64,000 nt of DNA, from NCBI RefSeq assembly GCF_963921235.1, contig NC_086109.1, positions 27,716,001 through 27,780,000 of the forward strand, written 5' to 3'. The stretch comes from Mobula hypostoma. Taxonomy: Eukaryota. The position numbers and the translations under genes were made by a program. The notes below the pieces were generated by a model, which had not been told where the DNA came from, did no database searches, and worked only from the letters and a program-made list of their open reading frames with translations. Shown here piece after piece: positions 1-12,085 of this stretch. How positions within the stretch are numbered: position 1 is the first letter of the stretch; each line of letters starts with the position of its first letter.

Positions 1-305
1 TTTATTCCACTGTCCTCTCTGATCAGATTCCATCTTCTTCAACTCTTTATTACTTCCATCTATCACCTTGCAGTTTCTCAAATTATTCCAACTACAAGCC
101 CCACCCCCTGCCCATCCTGCCAATCAACCCCTCTCTTTCACTGGGATCGCCCTATAACCCTAAGTTCTTGCTGCACCCTTTCCCCACACCTTTTAATAGC
201 GGCCATCTCCCCTCTTTCTTTCCAGTCCTGATGAAGCAACTCAAGCTGAGACATTGACTATTTCCCTCCATGCTGAGCTCTTTGAGCTCCTTCGTGTGTT
301 GCATT
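1..305 (+). mobile_element. Penelope-like element 3' fragment with degenerate hammerhead motif
   Basis: Pyrimidine-rich tract, then cagtc-CTGATGA-agcaactcaagct-GAGA-CATT-gacta (223-260) and a family-type end. Confidence 0.65.
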
Positions 306-1445
306 TGGCATTTCAAAGTTTGCTTTTAAACTAAAATGTGCTTCCTCCGTTAAGTATATGGAACTATTCTTTCAAATCCAGAATACTGAAATAAAGTAAG
401 AAATTAAATTGCCTTTGAACACTTGACTTGCTATCGAAAACTATGAAGTTCATATTTTCAAATTCTAACAACAAGGGGTCGACACAAGTATTATTAGGAA
501 GGGAGAAGGGGAGAGGGATTGCAAAAACTGTATTAGTTCAAAGTTTAAACCACAAATTCTATTGTTTGCAGCATTATCTTTCAATTTCCAACGCAAACCA
601 GTGTTATTCTGGTATAGCACACTGCTGGTAGTACAGCTAACCTAAAGCAGACTTCAGGTAGTTTTTAGTTAAGGATGTAATAATTTCTTCTGAAAAGAGT
701 GAATATCTTTTCTATTTGCTATGATGATTTTTTTTTAAAAATGTAATTAATTTGGATTTCCTTAAACAAAGGATTTGGTTGTCAGACACTAATTAATTAG
801 AACCTTTGCAAGTATTTGGTAAGGCTGAGCATTATTTTTAAGTCAGTTTCTGGCTCTTCTAAGATCAGAGTCAGAATCAGGTTTAAGATGTCTTCTGGCT
901 TAACAGTAGGTTAAAAGTAATGTCTTGTTGCCTTTGTAATATACATACTCCAAAACAATGACCTTGTCAAGTTAACCACATATCAGATGGCTTTAATTCA
1001 ATTTTAATTTAACTCGCTGACCTGGTTTCTGTAACAGTGTGATGAAGGTATATTGTCAGGGGATTTATAGATCTAAATTCCCCGTGTATCTCTTTGGTTA
1101 ATTGCCAGTTTCAAATACTGTACTGCATTGTGGTTGGTTAGATACACCTGAAAATGCTCAAAATTAGCGCACTTCCATGAAATTCTGCTTCTTGCTTGCA
1201 GATGCTTGACTGATTGAAAATTTCTATCAGTACACCAACAAATGATACTAATCTGCCACTGCATAGAACTGTAGCAGCAGAGAGCCATATATAAAAATGT
1301 AAAACCTGAAAATATACCCTGAAGTGAAAGTCCAATCAAAGGTCTGATATAACACCCATTGTTCAAAATATATCCATGCACTTCAACAATTTTTAATATT
1401 ACATTGCAAACTTAGAATATTACAGTTGAGTACAAACCTTTTCAT

Positions 1446-1649
1446 AAACAAGTGAAAATCTGCAGATGCTGGAAATCCAAGCAACACACACAAAATGCTG
1501 GAGGAACTCAGCAGGCCAGGCAGCATCTATGGAGAAAAGTACAGTTGATGTTTCACGCTGAGACCCCTTGGCCTAAAACATCAGCTATATTTTTCCATAG
1601 ATGCTGCCTGGTGGCCTGCTGAGTTCCTCCAGCATTTTGTGTGTGTTGC
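1446..1649. mobile_element. Fold-back Penelope-derived short element
   Basis: Arms GCAACACACACAAAATGCTGGAGGAACTCAGCAGGCCA... and ...GGCCTGCTGAGTTCCTCCAGCATTTTGTGTGTGTTGC (1481-1649). Flanked by a 14-bp imperfect TSD, ACAAACCTTTTCAT (1432-1445) / ATAAACTTTTTCAT (1650-1663). Confidence 0.85.
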
Positions 1650-2431
1650 ATAAACTTTTTCATTAGAGTTTTTGCAGACATGTTGAAATGATTTCATATA
1701 CAAAATAAAAGCTCTGTTATCCACAAACTATTATTTGAGAGCCTAGTTAATTTTTTTTTTAAGTGCTATTTTCCTGGACTTGTAATTTCTATTCTACTGT
1801 TCAACAACTTTAAAAAAAAGCAAACAAAATTATGGAATAAAATACTTCCTATGTGAATAGCCATTTCTTGGACGTAGGCATCTCCGATAAGCTTTGCACA
1901 TGCTTTTAATAATTACTTGCTTTGCAAAATTGGCGATGGGCATTTGATTTGAATTCCTGCAGCTTGCTGCAGCTAAGCAACTCTAAATGGTTTGCTAATT
2001 TTCCTGAGCGAGCAGTTAAATATTAACCATGATTGTGACGGGCAGGTTCTTATTCTCATTAATTTATATCAGTCTATTATGCAGCTTTCAGCAGTAAATA
2101 TATAATTAGCAAATTACTAAACTATCTTTGTAATTGTTGTTTTCATAATTGACCCAATTTGCAAATCAATTTCATGCAAAATACTTAAATAGTGGTATGG
2201 TTTTAATTTTAATAAGCAATGTTTAGTTCATGACCAACAAACAAAGTAAATTTTAATATATTCTGAACTTGCTGAATTAGGTTTTTACTTTATATTTGGT
2301 GACTATAGCATAAAATAGATGATAAAACTTGATGGGTTAAACCTTGCTAAATAATATTTGCAGTGAATCAAATCAAATATCACATGGTGCAAAGGGATCA
2401 TTATGAATTTCGAAAACCACCTGTAAGTATC

Positions 2432-2622
2432 AAACACAAAATTCTGGAGGAACTCAGCAGGTCAGGCAGCATCTATGGAGGGGAATAAAAGGTCAACATT
2501 TTGGGCCAGAAGGCCAAAGACGTCAACCGCTTTTCCCTCTCCAGAGATGCTGCCTGACCTGCTGAGTTCCTCCAACATTTTGTGTTGCTCAAAATTTTCA
2601 GCATTTGCAGAAACTCTTGTGT
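2432..2622. mobile_element. Fold-back Penelope-derived short element
   Basis: Inverted arms ...GGAGGAACTCAGCAGGTCAGGCAGCATCT / AGATGCTGCCTGACCTGCTGAGTTCCTCC; same family as 1446-1649. Confidence 0.85.
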
Positions 2623-2699
2623 CCAATACTACAAAGGGATATTTATTTAAAATGGTGCCACAGATGACAAGATTAATCCTCAAGTGAAGGTTATGAGAA

Positions 2700-2858
2700 C
2701 CTCCTGGAGGACCACAACCTTGCTGTGGTTTGGAGGCTTGCGTGCCTCAATGACTTAGAGAGCTATGTTGGCCAGAGTCAGTGCTTTATGCTTTGGTTCT
2801 TGGTAGGGTCACCCATGCCAAACAGGTGAAATGGTAGGGAACAGGCTAAGAGTGGTCC
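2700..2858 (+). ncRNA. Candidate HDV-like ribozyme fold at RTE 5' end
   Basis: P1 2700-2706/2730-2736, P2 GGACCAC 2709-2715/GTGGTCC 2852-2858, P3 ACC/GGT closing a 7-nt loop, CUAA at 2846-2849. P1.1 is not evident. Confidence 0.45.
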
Positions 2859-3103
2859 ACCGGTTCTCCAGGTTAGGCAGTTTAGCTCAGGGCTAACAAC
2901 CCTGATTGGTAAAACAAAATTATTAAGGAAACAGCAAAGAAGAATCCTTCTACAGCTGAGTGCGATGGTATTCCTGAGTCCCCAGTCAGGACTTGCATGA
3001 TTGGCAGTAGTGAAAACCACGAAGAAGCTACTGACATGATGAAGGAAGCCCTGAACACCATCAGAGATGGAGGACCAGTGGTGCAGCAGGCAGTCGGATG
3101 GAG
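2700..3103 (+). mobile_element. Non-autonomous RTE-clade retroelement (5' UTR joined to 3' end)
   Basis: 14-bp TSD GAAGGTTATGAGAA (2686-2699) / GAAAGTTATGAGAA (3104-3117). BovB/RTE-like leader GGACCACAACCTTG...GGAGGCTTGCGTG. Second copy at 55023-55446. Confidence 0.8.
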
Positions 3104-4120
3104 GAAAGTTATGAGAAAGGTCAAAGATTTCAAATTCTGCTGAGTTTAAGAGCAGAGTAAGACTTGGAGAAATGACTGTCATCTGCAAGGTATGGGCAAT
3201 AATAAACTGCAATAGCAGAAGTGAAGTTAGATTTAATTAAAGACACATCAGTTGTTCAATAAAAACAAAAAATACAAAATGCAGAAAATACCCAACAGGT
3301 TGGGCAACATTATGGAGAGACAGACCTTTTAATGAATAGGAATTAATCAGAAAATTTAACTCTGATTTCTATTCCATAGATAATACCTGTGATGCTGAAT
3401 ATTTCCTGCATTTTCTATCTTCTTTTTAAATTTCAGAGTTCAAAGGAATTTTATTTTTGCTTGTTTAATTACTGCTGTTGCTAAGTGCTCGATTTTCAGC
3501 ACCTCCCTTTCCTGTGAGAGATCCAAACAATTAGGCAACCTTTCAGTGGGCTAGTCCAATAAGGCATAAACATCATTACCTATATGCACCAGACAAAAAT
3601 TACACTTGGAAACTAGGTCTGGAAAATGTAAGACAAAATCATAATTCATTTGCTTGCTCCAACCACACAGATAAATGAGCAAACTTAGAATGACTAATGA
3701 GGATAAACTTCTACACTTGTTTGTTGAATCTTATTTGCCAAATTAATCTACACCAGTTTATTAAATCTTATTTGCCTAATGAAAGACATATACTTATATT
3801 AATTGCTCAGAAAGAGCAATTATACAGAAATATTCAAAATGCAATTTGATAGTAAAGTTTAGATGTTGGTGAGATGAGCTTTGAAAAAAACAATCTATTA
3901 TTTTTAACTTGGTGCTTTAGAACTTGTTACCTTCCAAGATAAGTAATTCAATTAGTTTTATCTTTCATTTCTAAGTCCTAAAGAAATGCTAATTTCTTTT
4001 CTACAACCCCTCCAACAATGCATTTTCTATAAATTCTGAACCCACAAATAACAAAAATATATCCTGTTTATTGCTCACCACCTGATCTGATAAAAACCAT
4101 TGTCAATGCAATAAGTTTTA

Positions 4121-4926
4121 GTGCGCATGCGCCGGTCGTGCATGCAGCCGGGTACAGCCGTTCCGATCTATTCTTACTATTTAATTTACATTATTTTTTG
4201 TCTTTTTTTTCTCATGGTAACACGTCAAAGCTGCACCCTCTCTAACATGTTGGTAGAGAGAGTTTTATTTGGGTTTTCTTTAGCACTGGAAATGGTTACA
4301 TCCCGACACGTGGGACAGAAGCAAGGTCGCATTGTGTATTTCACGGACCAGCAAAGACCAGCCGGCTTAGCGAACAGAGTGGTGGACACGCCTGCTGAAA
4401 TCCGGAGGAAAACACACAGAGGGGGATCACAAAGCCGAGGAAAGAGGACCGGGTCGAGACAACAGAGACTTTTGGAGAAGAGGAGTTTGGTGGGTAATAC
4501 TGTTCCGGCTGACCAGAAGTGCACTGAGAGCGGTAAGCGTAAAGGAGTTTGATGCTTACTGTTCTGGCTTAACAACGGATGGTGCAATCCAGGGTATATT
4601 ACGATCGAGGAATGTGTTTGCAGACTGGATATTGAACTTTTTACTGTTGGACTTCGGCCACATTCCACTGTGATACAACACTTGGCGGCACGGGAGGTCG
4701 TTCCTGCCTGTGGCCATCGAACGTGCAGCTCCTCCCGTGGAGGGTCAGACACCCTGAGCCAATAGACTGGCCCTGGACTTATTTTCCATCTGGCATAGTT
4801 TGCATTTTGGTGTTTTATTGTTGGGGTTTTTTGTAATGCTATACTTACGCTCTATTCTTGGTTGGTGCGGCTGTAACAAAACCAAATTTCCCTCAGGATT
4901 AATAAAGTATATCTATCTATCTATCT
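4121..4926 (+). mobile_element. Internally deleted Rex/Babar-like LINE
   Basis: CpG-rich 5' end, endonuclease remnant (WCNPGYITIEE...DIELFTVGLRP) joined to a C-terminal RSFLPVAI-like motif, AATAAA and a (TATC)n tail. Confidence 0.75.
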
Positions 4927-4995
4927 AAACAATTGAATTTCTAATTCCACCACTCTCATTCAATGGTGTTTAATTTGTGACCACCAAATGATTTT

Positions 4996-5890
4996 CAAAG
5001 ATTCAAAGTACGTTTATTATCCAAGTATGTATGCAGTATACAACCTGAGATTCTTCTTCTCACAGACAGAAACAAAACAAAGAAAAATCATGGAACTTGT
5101 TCAAAGAAAATCATCAACAACCACCCCCCACGTACAAAAAATATAAATCGTGCAAATGGGAAATAAAATACGAGCAAAAAGCACAGAATATAAAATACAA
5201 AATTGGAAGAGTCTTAGGTATATTCAGTTCAGTTCAATATAGTGCTGTGTTATTCGTTGCCTGTAGGTAGTCCCAATCAAAATTGCTCAAAATAGCAACA
5301 ATAAAAGGGGCAACCAGAAACTGATCATAACGTGAACAACAGAGTCCAATCCACAAGTGGCATCGATTAAACCGTGCCCAGGTCCCAGGACTCCAGCACC
5401 ATCCTCCGACAGCATTGAGGGGGAGAGAGTGAGAGAGATTATTTGAATGCAAGGACTTTTCTCTGCATGCAGCATGAGAGAGGGAGAGGGAGAGAGACAG
5501 ACGCATGCAAACACCTTCCTCCGGCAGCAGTGGGCAAGGTCTCAGTCACTCGCCTTCTGTTCTCGCCTCGATGATTTTAATCTCCCTCAACACTTTAATC
5601 AGTGCGATCAGTGAGAAATGGAGTCGATCATGGGCTCACACCCCGTCTCTCGGCTTTGAGGCCACACACTACACTCCAAACCTCAATGAACACCCTCAAG
5701 AGCAGCAAAGAACCAAATCATTCAGTCGGCCCAAAAACACGTTGTCAAAATGTAGATCACAGGCTCCAACGGTAGCAGAATCACATTTGAAAGCAAACAA
5801 AGACATAAAAGAAGTGAAAGACGAAGCTTTGTGAACAACCAAGGGTGCTGCCCTTGGTCACGTTGCTCACTGGCATCATTTTCTTCCAGA
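4996..5890 (-). mobile_element. Non-coding LINE-derived element (Rex/Babar-type tail)
   Basis: Reverse-complement polyA signal and TTTGAA-repeat tail at 4996-5020; no recognisable protein. Confidence 0.5.
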
Positions 5891-6605
5891 TTACACTCCG
5901 TTCTTTTGAGCAGAGTACAACCTTTATCAACAAAATTAAAAAAACAGTAGGCACTGGAACAAGACGGAATAATCAGGTATATTCACAGATTTCAGATGGA
6001 TAAATAATACATTCAATCAATTACATCATTCATAATTATAGGTCATTGTTTTTTTTTTCCTTAGTACAAATCTGCAGTTAGACTAGTTGCTCACATCCCA
6101 ACAAAATGATTCTAAAGAGATCTAAATATTTCATGGTCTTCAAATCTGACTGGATACAAAATGGGAATAGCTCCAACTTTTGGAAAAGAACATTATTTAT
6201 TAATTTGATTTTATGCTATGATTCCTAATTATGAAACAGTTGAAAATACAGGTCCTCCCCGAGTTACAAATGCGCCATTGGGAGATCGAGAGGATGGATT
6301 TGCCAGTTGGTGCTGGGCTGCAGGCTATAAGCCTGGGAAAATGATTCTGGGCCGTATTTCCCAATTGCCAAGCTGTTCGAGTTTTGAATGGTTCCCCGGA
6401 ACAGACGCTGTCGTAATCTAGGGAGCATCCTGGGTACAGTTTTGTTCAATCTGTTATAGGAAAGTGTGATCAAATTGGAGATGATTCTGCCAGTACTAAA
6501 GAGCCTAGGATGGATACACTGGACTTTTATTTCATGGAGTGCAGGAGAATGAGTGGTGATCTTATACAAATTCATAAAATTATGAGGGGCCTGGATAATA
6601 TAGTC

Positions 6606-7812
6606 CAGGGGTCAGCAACCTTTTTGCCTCTGTGGGCCGGATCGCGTATTGATGAGCAGACGGTGGGCCAGATAAATGCCATAAAAGAACTTGAAATATG
6701 GGAGTTATCCATTTAAATACATCTAGTTATGTTTTGCCACAAATTAATGAATAACGCATGCTAGAAAATCATTCGAGCTTAACCATGGATGACAATTAGT
6801 AATCAAAGAACTCAGTTTAGTTGCAATTTATTTCAATCAAGACGTCTTTTGAATCTATTAAAAGGACACAAAGAATCTTTAAACATAAAATGTATCAACA
6901 TGATGCATTGAATGGTAGTAAATTAAGTATAATGAAAAAGGAAAAAAAATGCAAACAGTCGATAAATCAATGTGAAACTTGATGCTGTTTGTTGCTTGAA
7001 AGCTTCACAAAATTGGGTGTCAGACATTATCCAGATGGGCATCAGTCAATCTTGTTCTCAAATAATTTTTGGTGTGCTTCATTTTTGAAAATAATTGCTC
7101 ACACAGATAAGTGCTGCCAAACAATGATGCCATCTTTTTTGCATGGTCCGCTAAGTTAGGATACTTCCCAACTTGGATTATATTGGACGAATATATCTGC
7201 TATAGAAGTCAAGCACTGACACATCTTCAGAATGAAATTTCGATCTCAATATGTCATCACACTGCATCTCAATCAATTCCATTTGAAAAAGTTCTGATGC
7301 AGTGCCCACTTCTACATCAACTGGAGTAGCAAACAGCTTGAACTCAGCAAAAAGAGATAAAAACTCTTTTCTCAATTCTTTGACAATATTCACAAAAATG
7401 CCTGGATCTTTTTTCTTTGATTCTATTTCGAAACGTGAGTTATTCAACAAGTATCATAGCACATGTAAATATCTGGATATTTAGCGTGGATTTCTGATTA
7501 AAACACAGTGACGCTGTCTCTGTTTACAAATTTGAACGATCCCATCTAAAAACCTGCGCGTGCGCGGAGAGTATCTAATACATATTAATAAGGTAATCTG
7601 CCTTCCGGTTATTTGTATATACCAGTGTTCGGTTTGGAACAAAACGGAACCAGGGCCCAGTGTAACAATATGTCATGCATGTCCATCAGTGTGGTCACGT
7701 GAAACACTCAGAATAAGGAAAACTTGCTCGCGGGCTGGATAAGCATAGTATCCCAATATTTGCTCACGGGCTGGTCAAAATACCTTTGCGGGCCGTAGGT
7801 TGCCTACCCCTG
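6606..7812 (-). mobile_element. hAT (Charlie-like) non-autonomous DNA transposon with transposase C-terminal remnant
   Basis: TIRs CAGGGGTCAGCAACCT / AGGTTGCCTACCCCTG. 8-bp TSD ATATAGTC (6598-6605) / ATATAGAC (7813-7820). Minus-strand QMELIEMQCDDILRSKF...SLFGSTYLCEQLFSKM is the hAT dimerisation region. Confidence 0.92.
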
Positions 7813-7840
7813 ATATAGACTGTCATCGTCTTTACCCTAG

Positions 7841-9026
7841 TTGTTCATTTGTTATGTGGCGTATCGTATGACGTGAGCGATCATAGTCTTTCTATGATGA
7901 TGATTGTTCTCGGTCAATTTTTTTTTACATAAGTGGTTTGCCATTTCATAGAAACATAGAAAACATACAGCACAATACAGGCCCTTCGGTCCACAAAGCT
8001 GTGCTGAACATGTCCCTATCTTAGAACTACCTAGGCTTTACCCATAGCCCTCTATTTTTCTAAGCTCCATGTAGCCATCCAGGAGTCTCTTAAAAGACCC
8101 TATCGTTTTCACCTCCACCACCGCCGCCGGCAGCCCATTCCACATACTCACCACTCTCTGCGTAAAAAACTTACCCCTGACATTTCCTCTGTACCTACTT
8201 CCAAGCACCTTAAAAGTATGCCCTCTCGTGCTAGCCGTTTTAGCCCTGGGGAAAAGCCTCTGACTATCCACATGATCAATGCCTCTCATTATCTTGTACA
8301 CCTCTATCAAGTCACCTCTCATCCTCCGTCGCTCCAAGGAGAAAAGGCTAAGTTCACTCAACCTATTCTCATAAGGCATGCTCCCCAGTCCAGGCAAAAT
8401 CTTTGTAAATCTCCTCTGCACCCTTTCTATGGTTTCCACGTCGTTCCTGTAGTGAGGCGACCAGAATTGAGCACAGTTCTCCAAGTGGGGTCTGACTAGG
8501 GTCCTATATAGCTGCAATAATACCTCTCGGCTCTTAAACTCCATCCCATGATTGATGAAGGCCAATGCACCGTATGCCTTCTTAACCACAGAGTCAACCT
8601 GCGTAGCAGCTTTGAGTGTTATGGACTCGAACCCCAAGATCCCTCTGATCTTCCTCACAGCCAAGAGTCTTACCATTAATGCTACATTCTGCCATCATAT
8701 TTGACCTACCAAAATGAACCACCTCACACTTATCTGGGTTGAACTCCATCTGCCCTTGTACAGTTCCTTCTTGTGGGTAGTGTCTTTACAAGACAGGTGA
8801 CACTAGCAATTATCAATACGCTTCAGAGATTGTCTGCCTGGTGTCAATGATCGCACAACCATGATATGCAGCACCTGCTCCCATTGGTTTACGTGACCCA
8901 GATCGGTGCGGGGAAGGGGTGCTGAGCAGGTGCTACACCAGGCCCAGGGGTAAGCTGCAAGCTAGTGCAGGGAAGGAGTGCCTTAAACCCCTTTTGGTAC
9001 AGACGTACCTCCACCCCACCACCCAA
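7841..9026 (-). mobile_element. RTE-tailed SINE, interrupted by CR1
   Basis: Segments 7841-7946 and 8755-9026 are the reverse complement of the copy at 49850-50236. Confidence 0.8.
7947..8754 (-). mobile_element. CR1 LINE, 5'-truncated
   Basis: ORF 8038-8676 (LYRTLVRPHLENCAQFWSP...RGDLIEVYKI...FFTQRVV); (TTTCTATG)-type tail. Confidence 0.95.
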
Positions 9027-10159
9027 GGTTAGAGAGTCCAAACCTAGAGGGCATAGATATAAGAACAGCAAGGAGAGATTTTACAGATACTGAAAGGCAA
9101 ATTCTTTGTACAAAGAATAGTGAGTATCTGGAATAAGCTGCCTAAGTGTTTGAGCTGGGTACAATTGTAACATTTAAGAGGCATTTGGATAGGGTACTTA
9201 GAGAAGAGGGATTTGGAGGGTTATGGGCCAATCGTAGGCAAATAGGACAAGCGGAGAAAACGCTGTGATTGGTATGGACCAGTGGGCCAAACACCCTGTT
9301 TCCATGCTGTATAACTCTATAACCATGCCCTATCGCATATGTTGTTATCTGCTTCATACTGGTTAACCACATGTGGCCATTAGATTCATCACCACTTGCA
9401 AAATGGCGTTACTGTATGGTTCCTTCACTTTCTGAAGTAGCAAAAATTTTCATATCATATACATTAGTTTTGGTCCCTTTTCTAATATTAAGAGAGAGAT
9501 GTGAGAACTTCAGTTACACCCCTCTATGGCAGTGCTGAAAACATTACTTCCCACAGAACAATGCAGATGTCCTCCTCAAAGCTGTGCCCAACAGCAGTGA
9601 AACGTTGCTCTTGAGAAATAAGTTACAAATGTTGAGCCACTGCACACATACAGTATGATCAACAACCACTTCGCTCATCAGATTCTCTCCTCTAAGCTCT
9701 CCAATGGTCAGCTCTCCAAAGACAGCCAGAAGAATAACAGATCAAGATTGCCTTTGAGCACAGAGATATTACTGTGAGTAGCAAACTGCTAACTACTCAC
9801 CATTAAATCACCTGGCCTATCAAAGTGCAAGCTATTCTAAGATCAGTTCTATTAATTCAATACTGAAATAGAGCAGAGGTGATCAATCAGGGGTTGAAAA
9901 TCCTACACCCAACGAGCAAAATGGCCTAGCCAGGTTCCTGTTAAGATGTGTGCTTTTTTTGTGTGACTAGGTTTTTTTTTGTTTGCTATTTTGAATGTGC
10001 TGTCTATGCTTGGGCCCAGAGGAATGCTGTTTCGTTTGGATGTATTCGTGTATGGTTGAATGATAATTAAACTTGAAGTTGATTTGATTTGATTTGGGGG
10101 GAGAGGAATGCAGAGATGGAATAAGAGGCAGCAAGGGTGACCAATCACACATCTAATAG

Positions 10160-11842
10160 ATGCGTGACCTGGATGAGTATTCTGCAGTTTTTACCGATTT
10201 CATTAAAACCTGTGTGGATGAGTGTGTGCCTACAAAGACTTACTGTACATTCCCAAACCAAAAGCTCTAGATGAACCAGGAGGTGCGTCGTCTGCTGAAG
10301 GCTAGATTTGTGGCATTCAAGTCTGGTGACCCAGGCCTGTACCAGAAAACCACGTATGATTTGCAGAGGGCTATCTCAAGGGCAAAGAGACAATTTCAAA
10401 TGAGAATGGAAATGACATCGGATGCACGGCAACTCTGGCAGGGTTTGCAAGACATTACTTCCTACAAAGCGAAACCCAATAGCATGAATAGCAGCGATGC
10501 TTCACTACCAGAAGAACTCAACGCCTTCTATGCACGCTTTGAAAGGGAGAACACAACTACAGCTGTGAAGATCCCTGCTGCACCTGATGACTCTGCCTCA
10601 GAGGCCTATGTTAGGCTGTCTTTAAAAAGAGTAAACCCTTGCAAGGCAAAAGGTCATGATAGAGTACCTGGTAAGTCTCTGAAAACCTGTGCCAACCAGC
10701 TAGTGGGAGTGTTCAGGACATTTTCAACCTCTCACTGCTACGGGGGGAAGTTCCTACTTGCTTCAAAAAAGCAACAATTATACCAGTGTCTAAGAAGAAT
10801 GATGAGAGCTGCCTTAATGACTATCACACGATAGCACTCACATTTACAGCGATCAGCGATGAAATGCTTTGAGAGGTTGGTCATGACTAGACTGAACTCC
10901 TGCCTCAGCAAGAACTTGGACCCATTGCAATTTGTCTATTGCCACAATAGATCAGCGGCAGATGCAATCTCAATGTCTCTCCACACGGTTAGACCATCTG
11001 GACAACACAAACACGTATGTCAGGATGCTGTTCATCAGCTATAGCTCAGCATTTAATACCATCATTCCCAGAATCCTGATTGAGAAGTTGTAGAACCTGG
11101 GCCTCTGTACCTCCCTCTGCAATTGGATCCTCGACTTCCTAACCTGAAGACCACAATCTGTGCGGATTGGTGATAACATATCCTCTTCGCTGATGATCAA
11201 CACAGGTGTACCCCAGGGTGTGTGCTTAGCCCACTGCTCTACTCTCTATATACACATGACTGTGTGGCTAGGCATAGCTTAAATATCATCTATAAATTTG
11301 CTGACAATACAACCAATGTTGGTAGAATCTCAGGTGGTGACGAGAGGGCATACAGGGGTGAGGTATGCCAACTAATGGAGTGGAGGCGCAGCAACAACTT
11401 AACACTCAACATCAGTAAGATGAAAGAGCTGATTGTGGACTTCAGGAAGGGTAAGACGAGGAACACATACCAATCCTCATAGAGGGATCAGAAGTGGAAA
11501 GAGTGAGCAGTTTCAAGTTCCTGGGTGTCAAGATCTCTGAGGATCTAACCTGGTCCCAGCATATCGATGCTGTTATAAAGAAGGCAAGACAGAAGCTATA
11601 CTTCATTATGAGTTTGAACAGATTTGGTATGTCAACAAAAACTTCTATAGTTGTACAGTGGAGAGCATTCTGACAGGCTGCATCACTGTCTGCTATGGGG
11701 GGGAGGGGCTACTGCACAGGACCTAAAGAAGCAGCAGAGCGTATTTTTTCCTTCTTCTATATTACGCATAGCATTGAACGGCTGCTGCTAAGTTAACAAA
11801 TTTTACATCACATGCCGGTGATAATAAACCTGATCTGATTCT
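10160..11842 (+). mobile_element. Rex/Babar-like LINE RT fragment (frameshifted)
   Basis: [24 protein letters not shown] and LSPLLYSLYTHDC...KFADNTT motifs; tail AATAAACCTGATCTGATTCT. Confidence 0.9.
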
Positions 11843-11972
11843 AAAACCCCTTTCCATAGACATGATCGGCTAGCAGTGGACTACAACATTAGAACAAGCA
11901 ATTGTTATTAAACAAACTGCAAGCTAACAAGCCATCTCAGCGAGCTACTCAACAACAATACGGGGTTGAAAA

Positions 11973-12085
11973 GCAACAGACACAAAAAATGCTGGTGAAC
12001 ACAGCAGGCCAGGCAGCATCTATAGGAAGAGGTACAGTCGACATTTCGGGCCAAGACCCTTTGTCAGGACTAACTGAAAGAAGAT
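11973..12085 (-). mobile_element. Short Penelope-derived element with near-intact hammerhead (12035-12072)
   Basis: Perfect 11-bp TSD GGGGTTGAAAA (11962-11972, 12086-12096). Minus strand tagtc-CTGACAA-a-gggtc-tt-ggccc-GAAA-T-GTC-gactg. Confidence 0.85.

Larger units (their letters stand above)
6420..9325 (+). mobile_element. Old CR1 LINE 3' fragment split by nested insertions (pieces ~6420-6605, 7813-7840, 9027-9325)
   Basis: CR1 C-terminal remnant (MECRRMSGDLIQIHKIMRGLD) resumes after the hAT and after the SINE. Confidence 0.75.

Noticed and set aside
1846..1983. Minus-strand open exon-like segment (SCLAAASCRNSNQMPIANF...)
   Set aside because: Splice sites are weak and the sequence resembles a degraded LINE 3' remnant, also seen near 58680-58860.
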